A model generated the notes under the pieces. That model worked only from the letters and a program-made list of their open reading frames with translations, was not told the origin of the DNA and did not search any database. This document shows, one piece after another, positions 17,166 to 25,358 of a DNA stretch of 64,000 bases (position 1 is its first letter; the number at the start of each line of letters is the position of its first letter). Source of the DNA: Pyrinomonadaceae bacterium (GTDB taxonomy: Bacteria > Acidobacteriota > Blastocatellia > Pyrinomonadales > Pyrinomonadaceae); contig DASXRE010000287.1 in assembly GCA_036506775.1 (NCBI GenBank), forward strand, positions 1,088 through 65,087. Reading direction: 5' to 3'. The position numbers and the translations under genes were made by a program.

Positions 17166-18776
17166 ATGCATCCACTCCTGCAGCAATATCAACACACGCT
17201 TCTGGGTCGTTTGCGAACTAAACTCTTCTTGCAGATCACTGGTTCTACCGACCGTTTACCTACTGAACAAGAGTTATGGCGGTATCTGATGCCAGCGTGG
17301 AAACAGAACGCACTTGCCGCTGAATTGCAGTTTCACCTGATTCATCTCAGGGGGTCACGTCGGGTGTCTTTTCCGACAAGCATGTCTCGACAGCAAGTAC
17401 GTGCTTGCTTGAGGGACATTGTTCGAAAGGAACCGGTGTGGAGCTTATTCGCAGAAGGCGTCTCACCAACGCAATCACCCCCGACAGGTATTGGCTGCGT
17501 CGCGCTCGGCCATACAAGACCATCAGGCGAGCCAGGTTATTACGCTGCCATAATGTCCGAGGCTGATTTCCCTGATTGTGGATTCGTTTCCATTGCTCCA
17601 CATATTCGCACCTCTGACTCGCACATTGCCGTGCTTGGCACGAATGGGTGGGCCGAACTTACGGTATCACAGGCTGGCTCGCACGAGGGGCCGTGCATTG
17701 CCCTGACCGCCATTCAACAACATTTGCCCGGAGTAATTACAGTGCCTCTGGAGCAAATCAAGGATGCGAGGCGCGAGGATCAGCCGCCCAAAGATCCGGA
17801 ATTGATGCGGCGTCTTGAGCTAGTATTGCGGGGAAAGATGCGTTTAGCTAAAGCGACGGTACGCCGCAGCACCGTTCGTCTGTTTGACGACAAGTTTGCG
17901 AGAACTATAGATCCGGCCAAGGTCATGCGGTTTATCAACGGAGGCGATCACGATCTTCTTGTCTATTGGGATGGACATTCTTTCGTTTCCAGCGATGACT
18001 ACTACACATATTTGGGTTATCAGATGCTGGAAACCGAAGAGGTAAAGGTTGTGATTATTGGAGAGTTTCCTTCCAGGTTGGCCAAAGTAGAGAGTCGTGG
18101 GAACCACGAGTTATTACCACCGGTAGTAATTAGCCGGACGAGTGCGGTGCCTGGCGTGAGCCTGGAACTACAAGCATGGCAAGCTCGCGAAGAGAGATTA
18201 AAAGACAGGCGCTTGGCAACGCCCGCGGACCTCCTTGCTGGATGGGTAGCATTCGCCAATGTTTTAGGTGATGAAACTGCCAAGGAGAGTGCTCTCCATA
18301 AACTACTTGTCTCTTATCCAGTAATTCTAGGTGCGAAGTGGGACATCGTCGACAGCGAGGTCCATTTCGGGCGAAATTACAAAGCTGACTTGGTTCTACG
18401 CGCGAACCGAGCACTACCGACGGTGTGCCTTGTTGAGTTGGAAAGGGCCAATCATCGCCTGTTTACGAAAGACTTCCACGAGACTGACGAAGTTACTCAT
18501 GCTGTTCAGCAGGTAAGCGATTGGTTACGATACTGTAGACAACATCCGGAAGATCCCGTCATTTCGGCTAGTCATGGCGTAAGTCCAGATGGTCTAGTCG
18601 TTATCGGCCTATCCCGCCATTTAAGTCAACGCGAACGGGAAACACTTGCGCATAATAATCAAGGGAGGAATGTCAAGGTTATTACTTATGACGAATTGCT
18701 CGATGACTTCGGGACACTCATTCTCCATCGGCTCGATGATGGTGCCAGCGTATCGAGTGACCAACGGAATGAATAG
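17166..18776 (+). CDS. Shedu-like protein: unknown ~370-aa N-terminal region + DUF4263-like PD-(D/E)xK nuclease domain
   Basis: The C-terminal 167 aa match the DUF4263 pattern as I remember it: HKLL..YPVILG ... KADLVL ... VCLVELER..HRLF ... AVQQVSDWLRY ... LVVIGLS ... NVKVITYDELLDDF. Confidence 0.6.
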   Translation: MHPLLQQYQHTLLGRLRTKLFLQITGSTDRLPTEQELWRYLMPAWKQNALAAELQFHLIHLRGSRRVSFPTSMSRQQVRACLRDIVRKEPVWSLFAEGVSPTQSPPTGIGCVALGHTRPSGEPGYYAAIMSEADFPDCGFVSIAPHIRTSDSHIAVLGTNGWAELTVSQAGSHEGPCIALTAIQQHLPGVITVPLEQIKDARREDQPPKDPELMRRLELVLRGKMRLAKATVRRSTVRLFDDKFARTIDPAKVMRFINGGDHDLLVYWDGHSFVSSDDYYTYLGYQMLETEEVKVVIIGEFPSRLAKVESRGNHELLPPVVISRTSAVPGVSLELQAWQAREERLKDRRLATPADLLAGWVAFANVLGDETAKESALHKLLVSYPVILGAKWDIVDSEVHFGRNYKADLVLRANRALPTVCLVELERANHRLFTKDFHETDEVTHAVQQVSDWLRYCRQHPEDPVISASHGVSPDGLVVIGLSRHLSQRERETLAHNNQGRNVKVITYDELLDDFGTLILHRLDDGASVSSDQRNE

Positions 18777-18783
18777 GGCAGAC

Positions 18784-19590
18784 TTAACGCAGCAGGTCGC
18801 GGAGGGCCGGGTGGCCGCCGTGCTCGGCCCAGCCCAAGGGAGTTGAGCCGACCTTTGTATCTTTCACATTCCGATCCGCGCCTTGGGCCAGCAGGAATTC
18901 AACCATCGCGCGTTGCCCGTTCAGTGCAGCGTAATGTAGACCAGTGCCGGCGTAATCAAACCCTCCCGGTATCACATTGATCTCCGCACCTTTCTCCAGC
19001 AACAGTCTCGCCGCCTCGATGTGGCCGTGCATACAGGCGTAGACGAAAGCATTATTAATGATGCCTTGCCGATCCTGTTGCCACGGATTACCTCGACTGC
19101 TCCACGGCCACTCAATCCTGCCGGCCTCGGGTTTTAAACTTCCATCGGGATTGAAATAACTTTCAATCAGATCGGTGCGTCCAAGACCGGCGGCCATGCG
19201 AAGGTTTTGCACCTTCGCACCACGCTCAAGCAACAACGCCATCACGTCCTGACTGTTCCAGTACAAAGCCTCTTCCAAAGGCAACCAATTCCCGGTGCCA
19301 TCAATCGCCGCGCCACGATCGAGCAGCAGTTCAGCGACCGGTCGATTGTCGATGCTCGCCGCCGCCACCAGCGGCTCATTTATGTCAGCGCCCGCATCGA
19401 TCAAAACTGTCGCCATCTCGAGCGCGTTAGGTTTATCTTTACCATCCAGCACCAGGCACTGAAGCAACGTCGGATGACTGGTTGACGATCGTGACGTCGC
19501 AAGCGAAGGGTCCCCGGCGACGAGCGACTTCAGGTTCTCAACGTCATCGGATCTGATTGCCTTTATTGCGGGATGGAATTTTGCGTCCAT
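18784..19590 (-). CDS. Ankyrin-repeat protein
   Basis: 268 aa with several ANK-type units (TLLQCLVLDG..., LIDAGADINE, LLDRGAAIDG, LLERGAKVQN, HGHIEAARLLLEKGAEIN, GLHYAALNGQRAMVEFLLAQGADRN). Confidence 0.85.
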   Translation of the reverse strand: MDAKFHPAIKAIRSDDVENLKSLVAGDPSLATSRSSTSHPTLLQCLVLDGKDKPNALEMATVLIDAGADINEPLVAAASIDNRPVAELLLDRGAAIDGTGNWLPLEEALYWNSQDVMALLLERGAKVQNLRMAAGLGRTDLIESYFNPDGSLKPEAGRIEWPWSSRGNPWQQDRQGIINNAFVYACMHGHIEAARLLLEKGAEINVIPGGFDYAGTGLHYAALNGQRAMVEFLLAQGADRNVKDTKVGSTPLGWAEHGGHPALRDLLR

Positions 19591-19616
19591 AATGCTCCAG
19601 TTTAGATCACCGGAGG

Positions 19617-21743
19617 ATGATCATGTTCATCAAAAATCTGTTACTGGCACTGGTCGTGCTCGCCAGCAGCGCGCTCAGCATCGCAGCGCAGACAGCCAAA
19701 GCGCCGCTGACGCACGAAACGATGTGGATGCTCAAACGCGTCGGAGCGCCCGCGCCGAGTCCCGACGGCAAGTGGGTCATCTTCTCGCTGGTCGAACCCG
19801 CTTACGACGAGAAGGACCAGGTTTCTGATCTGTGGATCGTTCCTGCCGACAATAGCGCGAAGCCGCGCCGTTTGACCTTCAGCAAGAGCGCGGAGAATGG
19901 CGTAACGTGGAGTCCGGACAGCCGGCAGATCGCGTTCTCCGCCAGGCGCGAAGGCGACGAGGCGAGTCAACTATATGTTTTGGACGTGGCAAACGGCGGC
20001 GAGGCGGTGCGAATCACTTCCCTTTCGACCGGCGCACGCTCGCCGCAGTGGCGGCCCGACGGCAAAGCACTCCTCTTTGTCAGCACAGTCTATCCCGGCG
20101 CGGCTGACGACGAAGCAAACAAGAAGATCGCCGCCGAACGAAAGGCGCAGAAGTATCGCGCGCGCGTCTACGAGAAGTTTCCCATCCGCAATTGGGACCG
20201 CTGGGTCGACGACATGCAGTCGCATCTTTTCATTCAGGACGCCCAGCCCGGCGCCAGGCCCAAAGATCTGCTCGTCGCGACAAAGCTGGTTAATGAGCGC
20301 GGCTTCGCCGGCCGAGTGAGTGACTCCGGCGACGATCTTGACGCGATCTGGACGCCCGAAGGCGAGGCCATCGTGTTCGTCGCCACCACGAACCGCGACA
20401 CGGCCGCGTACGCAAACACCAACACTTCGCTTTTCAAAGTTGCGGCAACCGGTGGCGAACCCGTTCGATTGACAACCGGAACGGAGAGTTTCACTCGTCC
20501 AGCTTTTTCACCCGATGGAAAAGCACTCTATGCGATCTTCAACGCTCAGACTGTTAACAAAGTCTACAACCTCGATCGCCTCGCGAAGCTCTCGTGGCCC
20601 AACGTGGGTCAACCCGCAATTCTCACCGGCAAGTTTGATCGCACAGTGAGCAGCTTCGCATTCACGCCCGACAGCAAGACGCTCTACCTGACGGCGGAAG
20701 AAGCCGGAAACGAGAAACTCTTCTCGCTGGCAGCGGATGGCGACGAAGTGCGTCTCGCAATGGACATGACGCGCGGCGTCTACACAAACCTGAAAATTCC
20801 CGCGAAGGCCTCGTCAACGATGCTGATCGCCAACTGGGAAAGCGCCATCAATCCACCCGAAGTCGTGCGACTCGACCTGAATTCGAAAACTCAGCAATCG
20901 CTCACGTCATTCAACGCGGAGCAGCTCGCCAAAGTCGATTGGCAACCGCTGCGTCACTTCTGGTTCACCAGTAAGGCCGGGAAACGCATTCACAACATGA
21001 TCGCTTTGCCGCCAAACTTCGACGAGCACAAGAAGTATCCGCTGCTCGTCGTGATCCACGGTGGGCCACACAGCATGTGGCGCGATAATTGGGGGTTGCG
21101 TTGGAACTACTTCATGTTGACGCGACCGGGTTACGTTGTTTTGTTGACAAACTATGCGGGTTCGACGGGTTTCGGCGAAGCGTTTGCGCAGAGTATTCAA
21201 GGCGATCCGTTCAAAGGACCGGGCAACGAGCTCAATGAAGCTGCCGATGAGGCGATCAGGCTTTATCCATTCATTGATGGATCGCGGCAGGCAGCCGCGG
21301 GCGCGAGTTACGGTGGACATCTCGCCAACTGGTTGCAAGCGACGACTACGCGTTACAAAGCACTGATTAGTCACGCCGGTCTGATTAACCTCGAGTCGCA
21401 GTGGGGCACGAGCGACACGATCTATTCGCGTGAGGTCAACAACGGCGGGCCTGTTTGGGAGCAAGGTCCGGTGTGGCGCGAACAGAATCCGATCCGGCTC
21501 GCGGCCAACTTCCGCACGCCGATTCTGCTTTCAGTCGGCGAGAATGATTTTCGCGTACCGTTAAATCAAACGCTCGAGAACTGGAGCGTGCTGCAACGCC
21601 TGCGCATTCCGAGTCGTTTGATCGTCTGGCCTGATGAAAACCACTGGATCCTGAAAGGCGAGAACAGCCGCTACTGGTACCAGGAAGTTTACGCGTGGCT
21701 CAAGAAGTATCTCGACGAGCCGAACAACATGAGCGAGCGGTGA
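19617..21743 (+). CDS. S9-family serine peptidase (prolyl oligopeptidase / acylaminoacyl peptidase-like) with N-terminal beta-propeller
   Basis: Signal peptide, PD40-like repeats (SPDGKWVIF, WSPDSRQIAF, WRPDGKALLF, FSPDGKALY), catalytic GASYGGH (GxSxGG), and a C-terminal D/H region. Confidence 0.85.
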   Translation: MIMFIKNLLLALVVLASSALSIAAQTAKAPLTHETMWMLKRVGAPAPSPDGKWVIFSLVEPAYDEKDQVSDLWIVPADNSAKPRRLTFSKSAENGVTWSPDSRQIAFSARREGDEASQLYVLDVANGGEAVRITSLSTGARSPQWRPDGKALLFVSTVYPGAADDEANKKIAAERKAQKYRARVYEKFPIRNWDRWVDDMQSHLFIQDAQPGARPKDLLVATKLVNERGFAGRVSDSGDDLDAIWTPEGEAIVFVATTNRDTAAYANTNTSLFKVAATGGEPVRLTTGTESFTRPAFSPDGKALYAIFNAQTVNKVYNLDRLAKLSWPNVGQPAILTGKFDRTVSSFAFTPDSKTLYLTAEEAGNEKLFSLAADGDEVRLAMDMTRGVYTNLKIPAKASSTMLIANWESAINPPEVVRLDLNSKTQQSLTSFNAEQLAKVDWQPLRHFWFTSKAGKRIHNMIALPPNFDEHKKYPLLVVIHGGPHSMWRDNWGLRWNYFMLTRPGYVVLLTNYAGSTGFGEAFAQSIQGDPFKGPGNELNEAADEAIRLYPFIDGSRQAAAGASYGGHLANWLQATTTRYKALISHAGLINLESQWGTSDTIYSREVNNGGPVWEQGPVWREQNPIRLAANFRTPILLSVGENDFRVPLNQTLENWSVLQRLRIPSRLIVWPDENHWILKGENSRYWYQEVYAWLKKYLDEPNNMSER

Positions 21744-21749
21744 CACCGA

Positions 21750-22649
21750 TCAACTGTCGAGTACTGCGAGATCCAGTTTTTGAAGCCGTGCCGCATCGGC
21801 GATGATTTCGACTTCGACGATCCTGCGATTTGTGATCGTGAACGTCAGCGCTCGTGACAACTTGCCACCAGTCGCGAACACCAGTCCCACTTCTCCGTTG
21901 ATCAAAGTCGGCTGCACGAACCGAGCCAAACGCGAGAACGCGACCGCGCCTCTGGCCCAATTCTCTGCCCCATGAATCTCGCGTGGCGCACCCGGAGCTC
22001 CGGCACCCGGAGCGCCGGCACCCGGATCGAGTCGGACCACGACATCCGGATCCAGCACCGCGACGAGCCCATTAAAGTCGCCGGCGCGCAAGGCATTCAG
22101 AAACGCATCCACTACGACTCTCTGACTCTGAAGGTCTGACGTGGGAACCGTGTCTTCGCCTCGCACTCGCCTGCGAGCACGACTCGCGAGTTGCCGCGCT
22201 GCCGCTGGTGTGCGACCAACGATGGACGCAATCTCATCAAACGACACGTCGAATACGTCGTGCAAAACGAAAGCAACGCGTTCGGCCGGCGCTAGAGTGT
22301 CGAGCACGACGAGCAGTGCAAGCCCGACCGAGTCGGCGAGCAGCGCCTCTTCTTCCGGATCGATGACGCGCTCCGTCTGCGCGAGTGGCTCGACAATTTC
22401 GGTGTCGAGTGTTTCCTCCCGCCGGGCTTTTCGTGACCGCAGCATGTCGAGACAAACTCGGGCTACCACGGTCGTGAGCCAGCCTTCGAGATTTCGGATG
22501 GCCTCCGCATCAGTGCGGCTGAGTCGCAGCCACGCTTCCTGCACCGCGTCGTCTGCTTCATTTGCCGAGCCGAGCATGCGGTAAGCTACCGCCCGCAGGT
22601 GACCGCGGTGCGTCTCAAACAACCCTGCTAACCGTTCCGTTGAGTCCAT
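21750..22649 (-). CDS. ECF sigma factor, group ECF41-like (SigJ-type, fused SnoaL-like C-terminal domain)
   Basis: Sigma-2 region (DAVQEAWLRL) and sigma-4 region (ERVAFVLHDVFDVSFDEIASIVGRTPAAARQLASRAR), plus a ~110-aa C-terminal extension. Divergent from a CMD gene, the typical ECF41 context. Confidence 0.8.
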   Translation of the reverse strand: MDSTERLAGLFETHRGHLRAVAYRMLGSANEADDAVQEAWLRLSRTDAEAIRNLEGWLTTVVARVCLDMLRSRKARREETLDTEIVEPLAQTERVIDPEEEALLADSVGLALLVVLDTLAPAERVAFVLHDVFDVSFDEIASIVGRTPAAARQLASRARRRVRGEDTVPTSDLQSQRVVVDAFLNALRAGDFNGLVAVLDPDVVVRLDPGAGAPGAGAPGAPREIHGAENWARGAVAFSRLARFVQPTLINGEVGLVFATGGKLSRALTFTITNRRIVEVEIIADAARLQKLDLAVLDS

Positions 22650-22650
22650 C

Positions 22651-22677
22651 TGTCACATTCCGTCGCCGCGATTCGTC
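22651..22677 (+). promoter_or_regulatory. ECF41-type promoter TGTCACA-N16-CGTC driving the CMD gene
   Basis: TGTCACA at 22651-22657, an exactly 16-nt spacer, and CGTC at 22674-22677, 50 nt upstream of ATG 22727. Confidence 0.65.
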
Positions 22678-22685
22678 ATAGTGGT

Positions 22686-22712
22686 GACGAGTTAAAACCA
22701 ACAAATGTGACA
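22686..22712 (-). promoter_or_regulatory. ECF41-type promoter TGTCACA-N16-CGTC on the minus strand (sigma autoregulation)
   Basis: Minus strand reads TGTCACA (22712-22706), a 16-nt spacer, and CGTC (22689-22686). Points toward the sigma start codon at 22649. Confidence 0.6.
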
Positions 22713-22726
22713 GGAGAAAAGTACTC

Positions 22727-23209
22727 ATGCAAGCACGAATGGCAAATCCGGTAATGATGATTCCCGAAGCGATGCAGGCTCTGCTGGCTGTCAACACCGC
22801 TACAGAAAAGAGCGGCGTGCCGCCGGCGATTCTTGGTTTGGTTCACATGAGAGCAAGCCAGATCAATGGTTGCAGCGTCTGTGTTGATATGGGTTGGCGC
22901 ATGTTGCAGAAGACAGGTGAGAAGGATGAGCGCATCTTCTCGGTCTCGGCCTGGCGAGATGCGCCGTATTTCACTGACGCTGAACGCGCGGCGCTGGCCT
23001 TGACGGAAGCTGTTACCCGGCTCAGCGATCGAAGTGATCCAGTGCCCGAAGAGATTTGGGCTGAAGCCGCAAGCCAGTTTAGCGAAAGCGAACTTGCAGG
23101 GTTGCTGCTTTCGATTGCCATGACGAACGTGTGGAATCGTCTCAACGTGAGCACCAGGCAAGTCGCGGGTGAGTGGTTTAAATCGGCCGAAGCAAAAGCC
23201 GGGGCTTAG
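22727..23209 (+). CDS. Carboxymuconolactone decarboxylase-family (AhpD-like) protein
   Basis: 160 aa with the AhpD-core CxxC motif (INGCSVCVDMG). SD-like AGGAG upstream. Confidence 0.8.
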   Translation: MQARMANPVMMIPEAMQALLAVNTATEKSGVPPAILGLVHMRASQINGCSVCVDMGWRMLQKTGEKDERIFSVSAWRDAPYFTDAERAALALTEAVTRLSDRSDPVPEEIWAEAASQFSESELAGLLLSIAMTNVWNRLNVSTRQVAGEWFKSAEAKAGA

Positions 23210-23278
23210 GCCACAAAGAGGCACAAAGAGCCACAAAGGTTTTCCTTAACTTTTTGTGCTTCTTGTGCCTCTTGTGGC
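23209..23278. repeat. Palindromic repeat, family C variant (GGCCACAAAGAGGCACAAAGAGCCACAAAGG / complement)
   Basis: Long complementary arms around an 11-nt loop, between convergent gene ends. Confidence 0.8.
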
Positions 23279-23290
23279 TATCTTCTACTA

Positions 23291-23809
23291 CTACTTCGGC
23301 GAGATTTCGCGACGCAAGTAGAAGATCAGATCCGTCGACGGCGGATCGATGCTGAGTTGCCGGATCATCCCGACGATTTGTCCACGATGATGGGTGGCGT
23401 GATTTACGACGTGCTGCATCTGTTCGATCAGCCGCATCGAGCTCGCGTCACCACTTAAAAGCTTGAATGCGAGCTCAGCGCCGAGCCGCTCTTCATCGAG
23501 TTGAGTAATAAACCGCGTGCGCCGGTCGATAACGCCGCGCCAGCGTTCTTTCAGCGTTGGCAAATCGGCGCACGCTTCGGTGGTCCACGATGCCCACGCT
23601 TCGGCTTTTGCAGGTGAGTGACCATGCCATCTCTCCAGCCAGATCCATTCCGCGCCCGCCATGTGCAGCAGTGTTCCGAAGATTGAACCGTGACTGATGT
23701 TTACCTCGCGCCGGAGACTCTCATCCGGCAACTTCGCTGCCGCCTCCAGCGCCAGGTCGTTGGCCCACTCTGTGTAGTCAAATAGACGTTTGATATCTTC
23801 CAGGTTCAT
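23291..23809 (-). CDS. DinB-family protein
   Basis: 172 aa. Four-helix-bundle His motifs typical of DinB (FDYTEWAN, LLHMAGAEWIWLERW, VVNHATHHRGQI). Confidence 0.75.
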   Translation of the reverse strand: MNLEDIKRLFDYTEWANDLALEAAAKLPDESLRREVNISHGSIFGTLLHMAGAEWIWLERWHGHSPAKAEAWASWTTEACADLPTLKERWRGVIDRRTRFITQLDEERLGAELAFKLLSGDASSMRLIEQMQHVVNHATHHRGQIVGMIRQLSIDPPSTDLIFYLRREISPK

Positions 23810-23837
23810 TATTACCTCCCGAGAGGAGTGTCGTCGG

Positions 23838-24230
23838 ATGAAATTTGCCAGGATCGTTTTCCTGATCGCCGGTGTTTACGGCTTGCTCGTGTTGCTCCCA
23901 CTGTACTTTATGGAAAATCAGACGGGACGAGATTACCCGCCGCCGATTACTCACCCGGAGTACTACTACGGTTTTATCGGAGTTGCTGTTGCATGGCAAC
24001 TGGTGTTTCTCGTCATGTCGCGCGACCCGGTGCGGTATCGGACGCTAATAATTCCCGCGATTGTCGAGAAGGCGAGCTTTCTGATTCCCGTGATCGTGCT
24101 GTATCTGCAACAGCGCATCTCGTCGTTCATGCTCGGCGCGGGTTCGCTTGATGGAGTGCTTGGTGTGCTATTTATTATTGCGTACCTGAAGACCGGAGAG
24201 CGTCGATCTGCTCGTTTTGAGCCGTCGTAA
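23838..24230 (+). CDS. Hypothetical integral membrane protein
   Basis: Start at ATG 23838 after a GAGGAG SD. About four hydrophobic segments. No motif recognised. Confidence 0.5.
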   Translation: MKFARIVFLIAGVYGLLVLLPLYFMENQTGRDYPPPITHPEYYYGFIGVAVAWQLVFLVMSRDPVRYRTLIIPAIVEKASFLIPVIVLYLQQRISSFMLGAGSLDGVLGVLFIIAYLKTGERRSARFEPS

Positions 24231-24246
24231 TAGTGAGGAGGCTTTT

Positions 24247-24729
24247 ATGGAAAGGGATCTAACGAATATTGAACTAATGTTCAAAACGAACACAGACATC
24301 GTCAACAAAGCGATCGCTAATGTGGCGGCGGAAGATTGGTTTCGCAAGCCCGGCGACGACTCAAATCACCTGATGTGGGTGATAGGACACTTGACAGTTC
24401 ACCGCGGCCGAACGCTCAACCTTCTCGGCGGCGACTGGGACACTTCATGGGCGCCACTATTCGCGCGCGGCGCTCAGCGCGTCGCTGACACCGAGTACCC
24501 ATCGTCCGAGGAAATGCGCACGGCGTGGGAGAAGGTTTCAGCAGACTTGTTGAATGCAGTAGGTAGTGTGCCCGCGGACGTGCTCACAAAGAGCGCACCG
24601 GCAGGTCCGCCGTCGTTCGACGGCAAACTGAGCGGCACAGTGGCGTTCTTCGCCTTTCATGACACGTATCACGCCGGACAGATCAGTTACCTGCGAAAGT
24701 GGCTCGGATACGGCCAAACCGTTGGTTAG
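24247..24729 (+). CDS. DinB_2-family protein
   Basis: Start at ATG 24247 after GAGGAGG. Motifs HLMWVIGHLTVHR and FHDTYHAGQISYLRKWLG. Confidence 0.7.
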   Translation: MERDLTNIELMFKTNTDIVNKAIANVAAEDWFRKPGDDSNHLMWVIGHLTVHRGRTLNLLGGDWDTSWAPLFARGAQRVADTEYPSSEEMRTAWEKVSADLLNAVGSVPADVLTKSAPAGPPSFDGKLSGTVAFFAFHDTYHAGQISYLRKWLGYGQTVG

Positions 24730-24752
24730 GAGCGCTACTTTGAGTTGCGGTA

Positions 24753-24824
24753 CTCCTTGGAGTGCGCCGCCTTGTCGGCGCTTTGGCCAAAGTGGTGACG
24801 AGTCCCCGCACTCCAAGGAGGCGC
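24753..24824. repeat. Palindromic intergenic repeat, family A
   Basis: CTCCTTGGAGTGCGCCGCCTTGTCGGCGCTTTGGCCAAAGTGGTGACGAGTCCCCGCACTCCAAGGAGGCGC. Confidence 0.9.
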
Positions 24825-24850
24825 CCGGCTCAACTGCACCACTGAATTGA

Positions 24851-24876
24851 TGTCGATTTCGCGAAGTTCATGCGTC
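24851..24876 (+). promoter_or_regulatory. Candidate ECF42-type promoter TGTCGA-N16-CGTC upstream of the DGPF/YciI gene
   Basis: TGTCGA at 24851-24856, a 16-nt spacer, and CGTC at 24873-24876, 52 nt upstream of ATG 24928. Confidence 0.5.
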
Positions 24877-24927
24877 GTAAGGTTGAAGGCAAGATTGAAT
24901 CAAGACTGAAAATGAAGGAGCACTGGG

Positions 24928-25296
24928 ATGAAATACATGTTGCTGATTTACCACGACGAGCAGAGCTGGAGCGCGATCGGCGAACCGGAGCGCGAGCAAA
25001 TTTACGGCGAGTACAGAGAGTTGCGCTCCGATCTTCAGGCACGCGGCCAGTTTGTCACCGGCTCACAGTTGCAGCCAATTACTACGGCGACGAGTGTGCG
25101 TGTGCGCGAAGGCAAGGAACTGATCACCGACGGCCCGTTCGCCGAGACGCACGAGCAACTGGGCGGCTATTTTCTGGTTGAAGCAGAGAACCTCGACGAG
25201 GCCACGAGCATCGCGGCCCGAATCCCGTCAGCTCGAACCGGCACGATCGAAGTGCGGCCGCTGATTGAAACAAGAGTAGACGCCGCCGCGAAGTGA
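24928..25296 (+). CDS. YciI/DGPF-domain protein
   Basis: 122 aa with the family-typical start MKYMLLIYHDEQSW and the GGYFLVEAENLDEA motif. SD GAAGGAG upstream. Confidence 0.8.
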   Translation: MKYMLLIYHDEQSWSAIGEPEREQIYGEYRELRSDLQARGQFVTGSQLQPITTATSVRVREGKELITDGPFAETHEQLGGYFLVEAENLDEATSIAARIPSARTGTIEVRPLIETRVDAAAK

Positions 25297-25357
25297 CCTC
25301 TGTGCCTCCGTGTCTCTGTGGTTTATGATTCAGCCACGGAGACACAGAGACACACGG
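25297..25357. repeat. Palindromic repeat, family C
   Basis: CCTCTGTGCCTCCGTGTCTCTGTGG ... CCACGGAGACACAGAGACACACGG, filling the whole YciI-sigma intergenic gap. Confidence 0.85.
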
Positions 25358-25358
25358 T

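Noticed and set aside
24538-24850. ORFs containing ECGDLSPLWPKRRQGGALQ-like peptides (also 43437-43939, 44364-44636, 61143-61576)
   Set aside because: The identical peptide arises from translating family A repeats at unrelated loci in both orientations, so these are repeat artefacts rather than a gene family.
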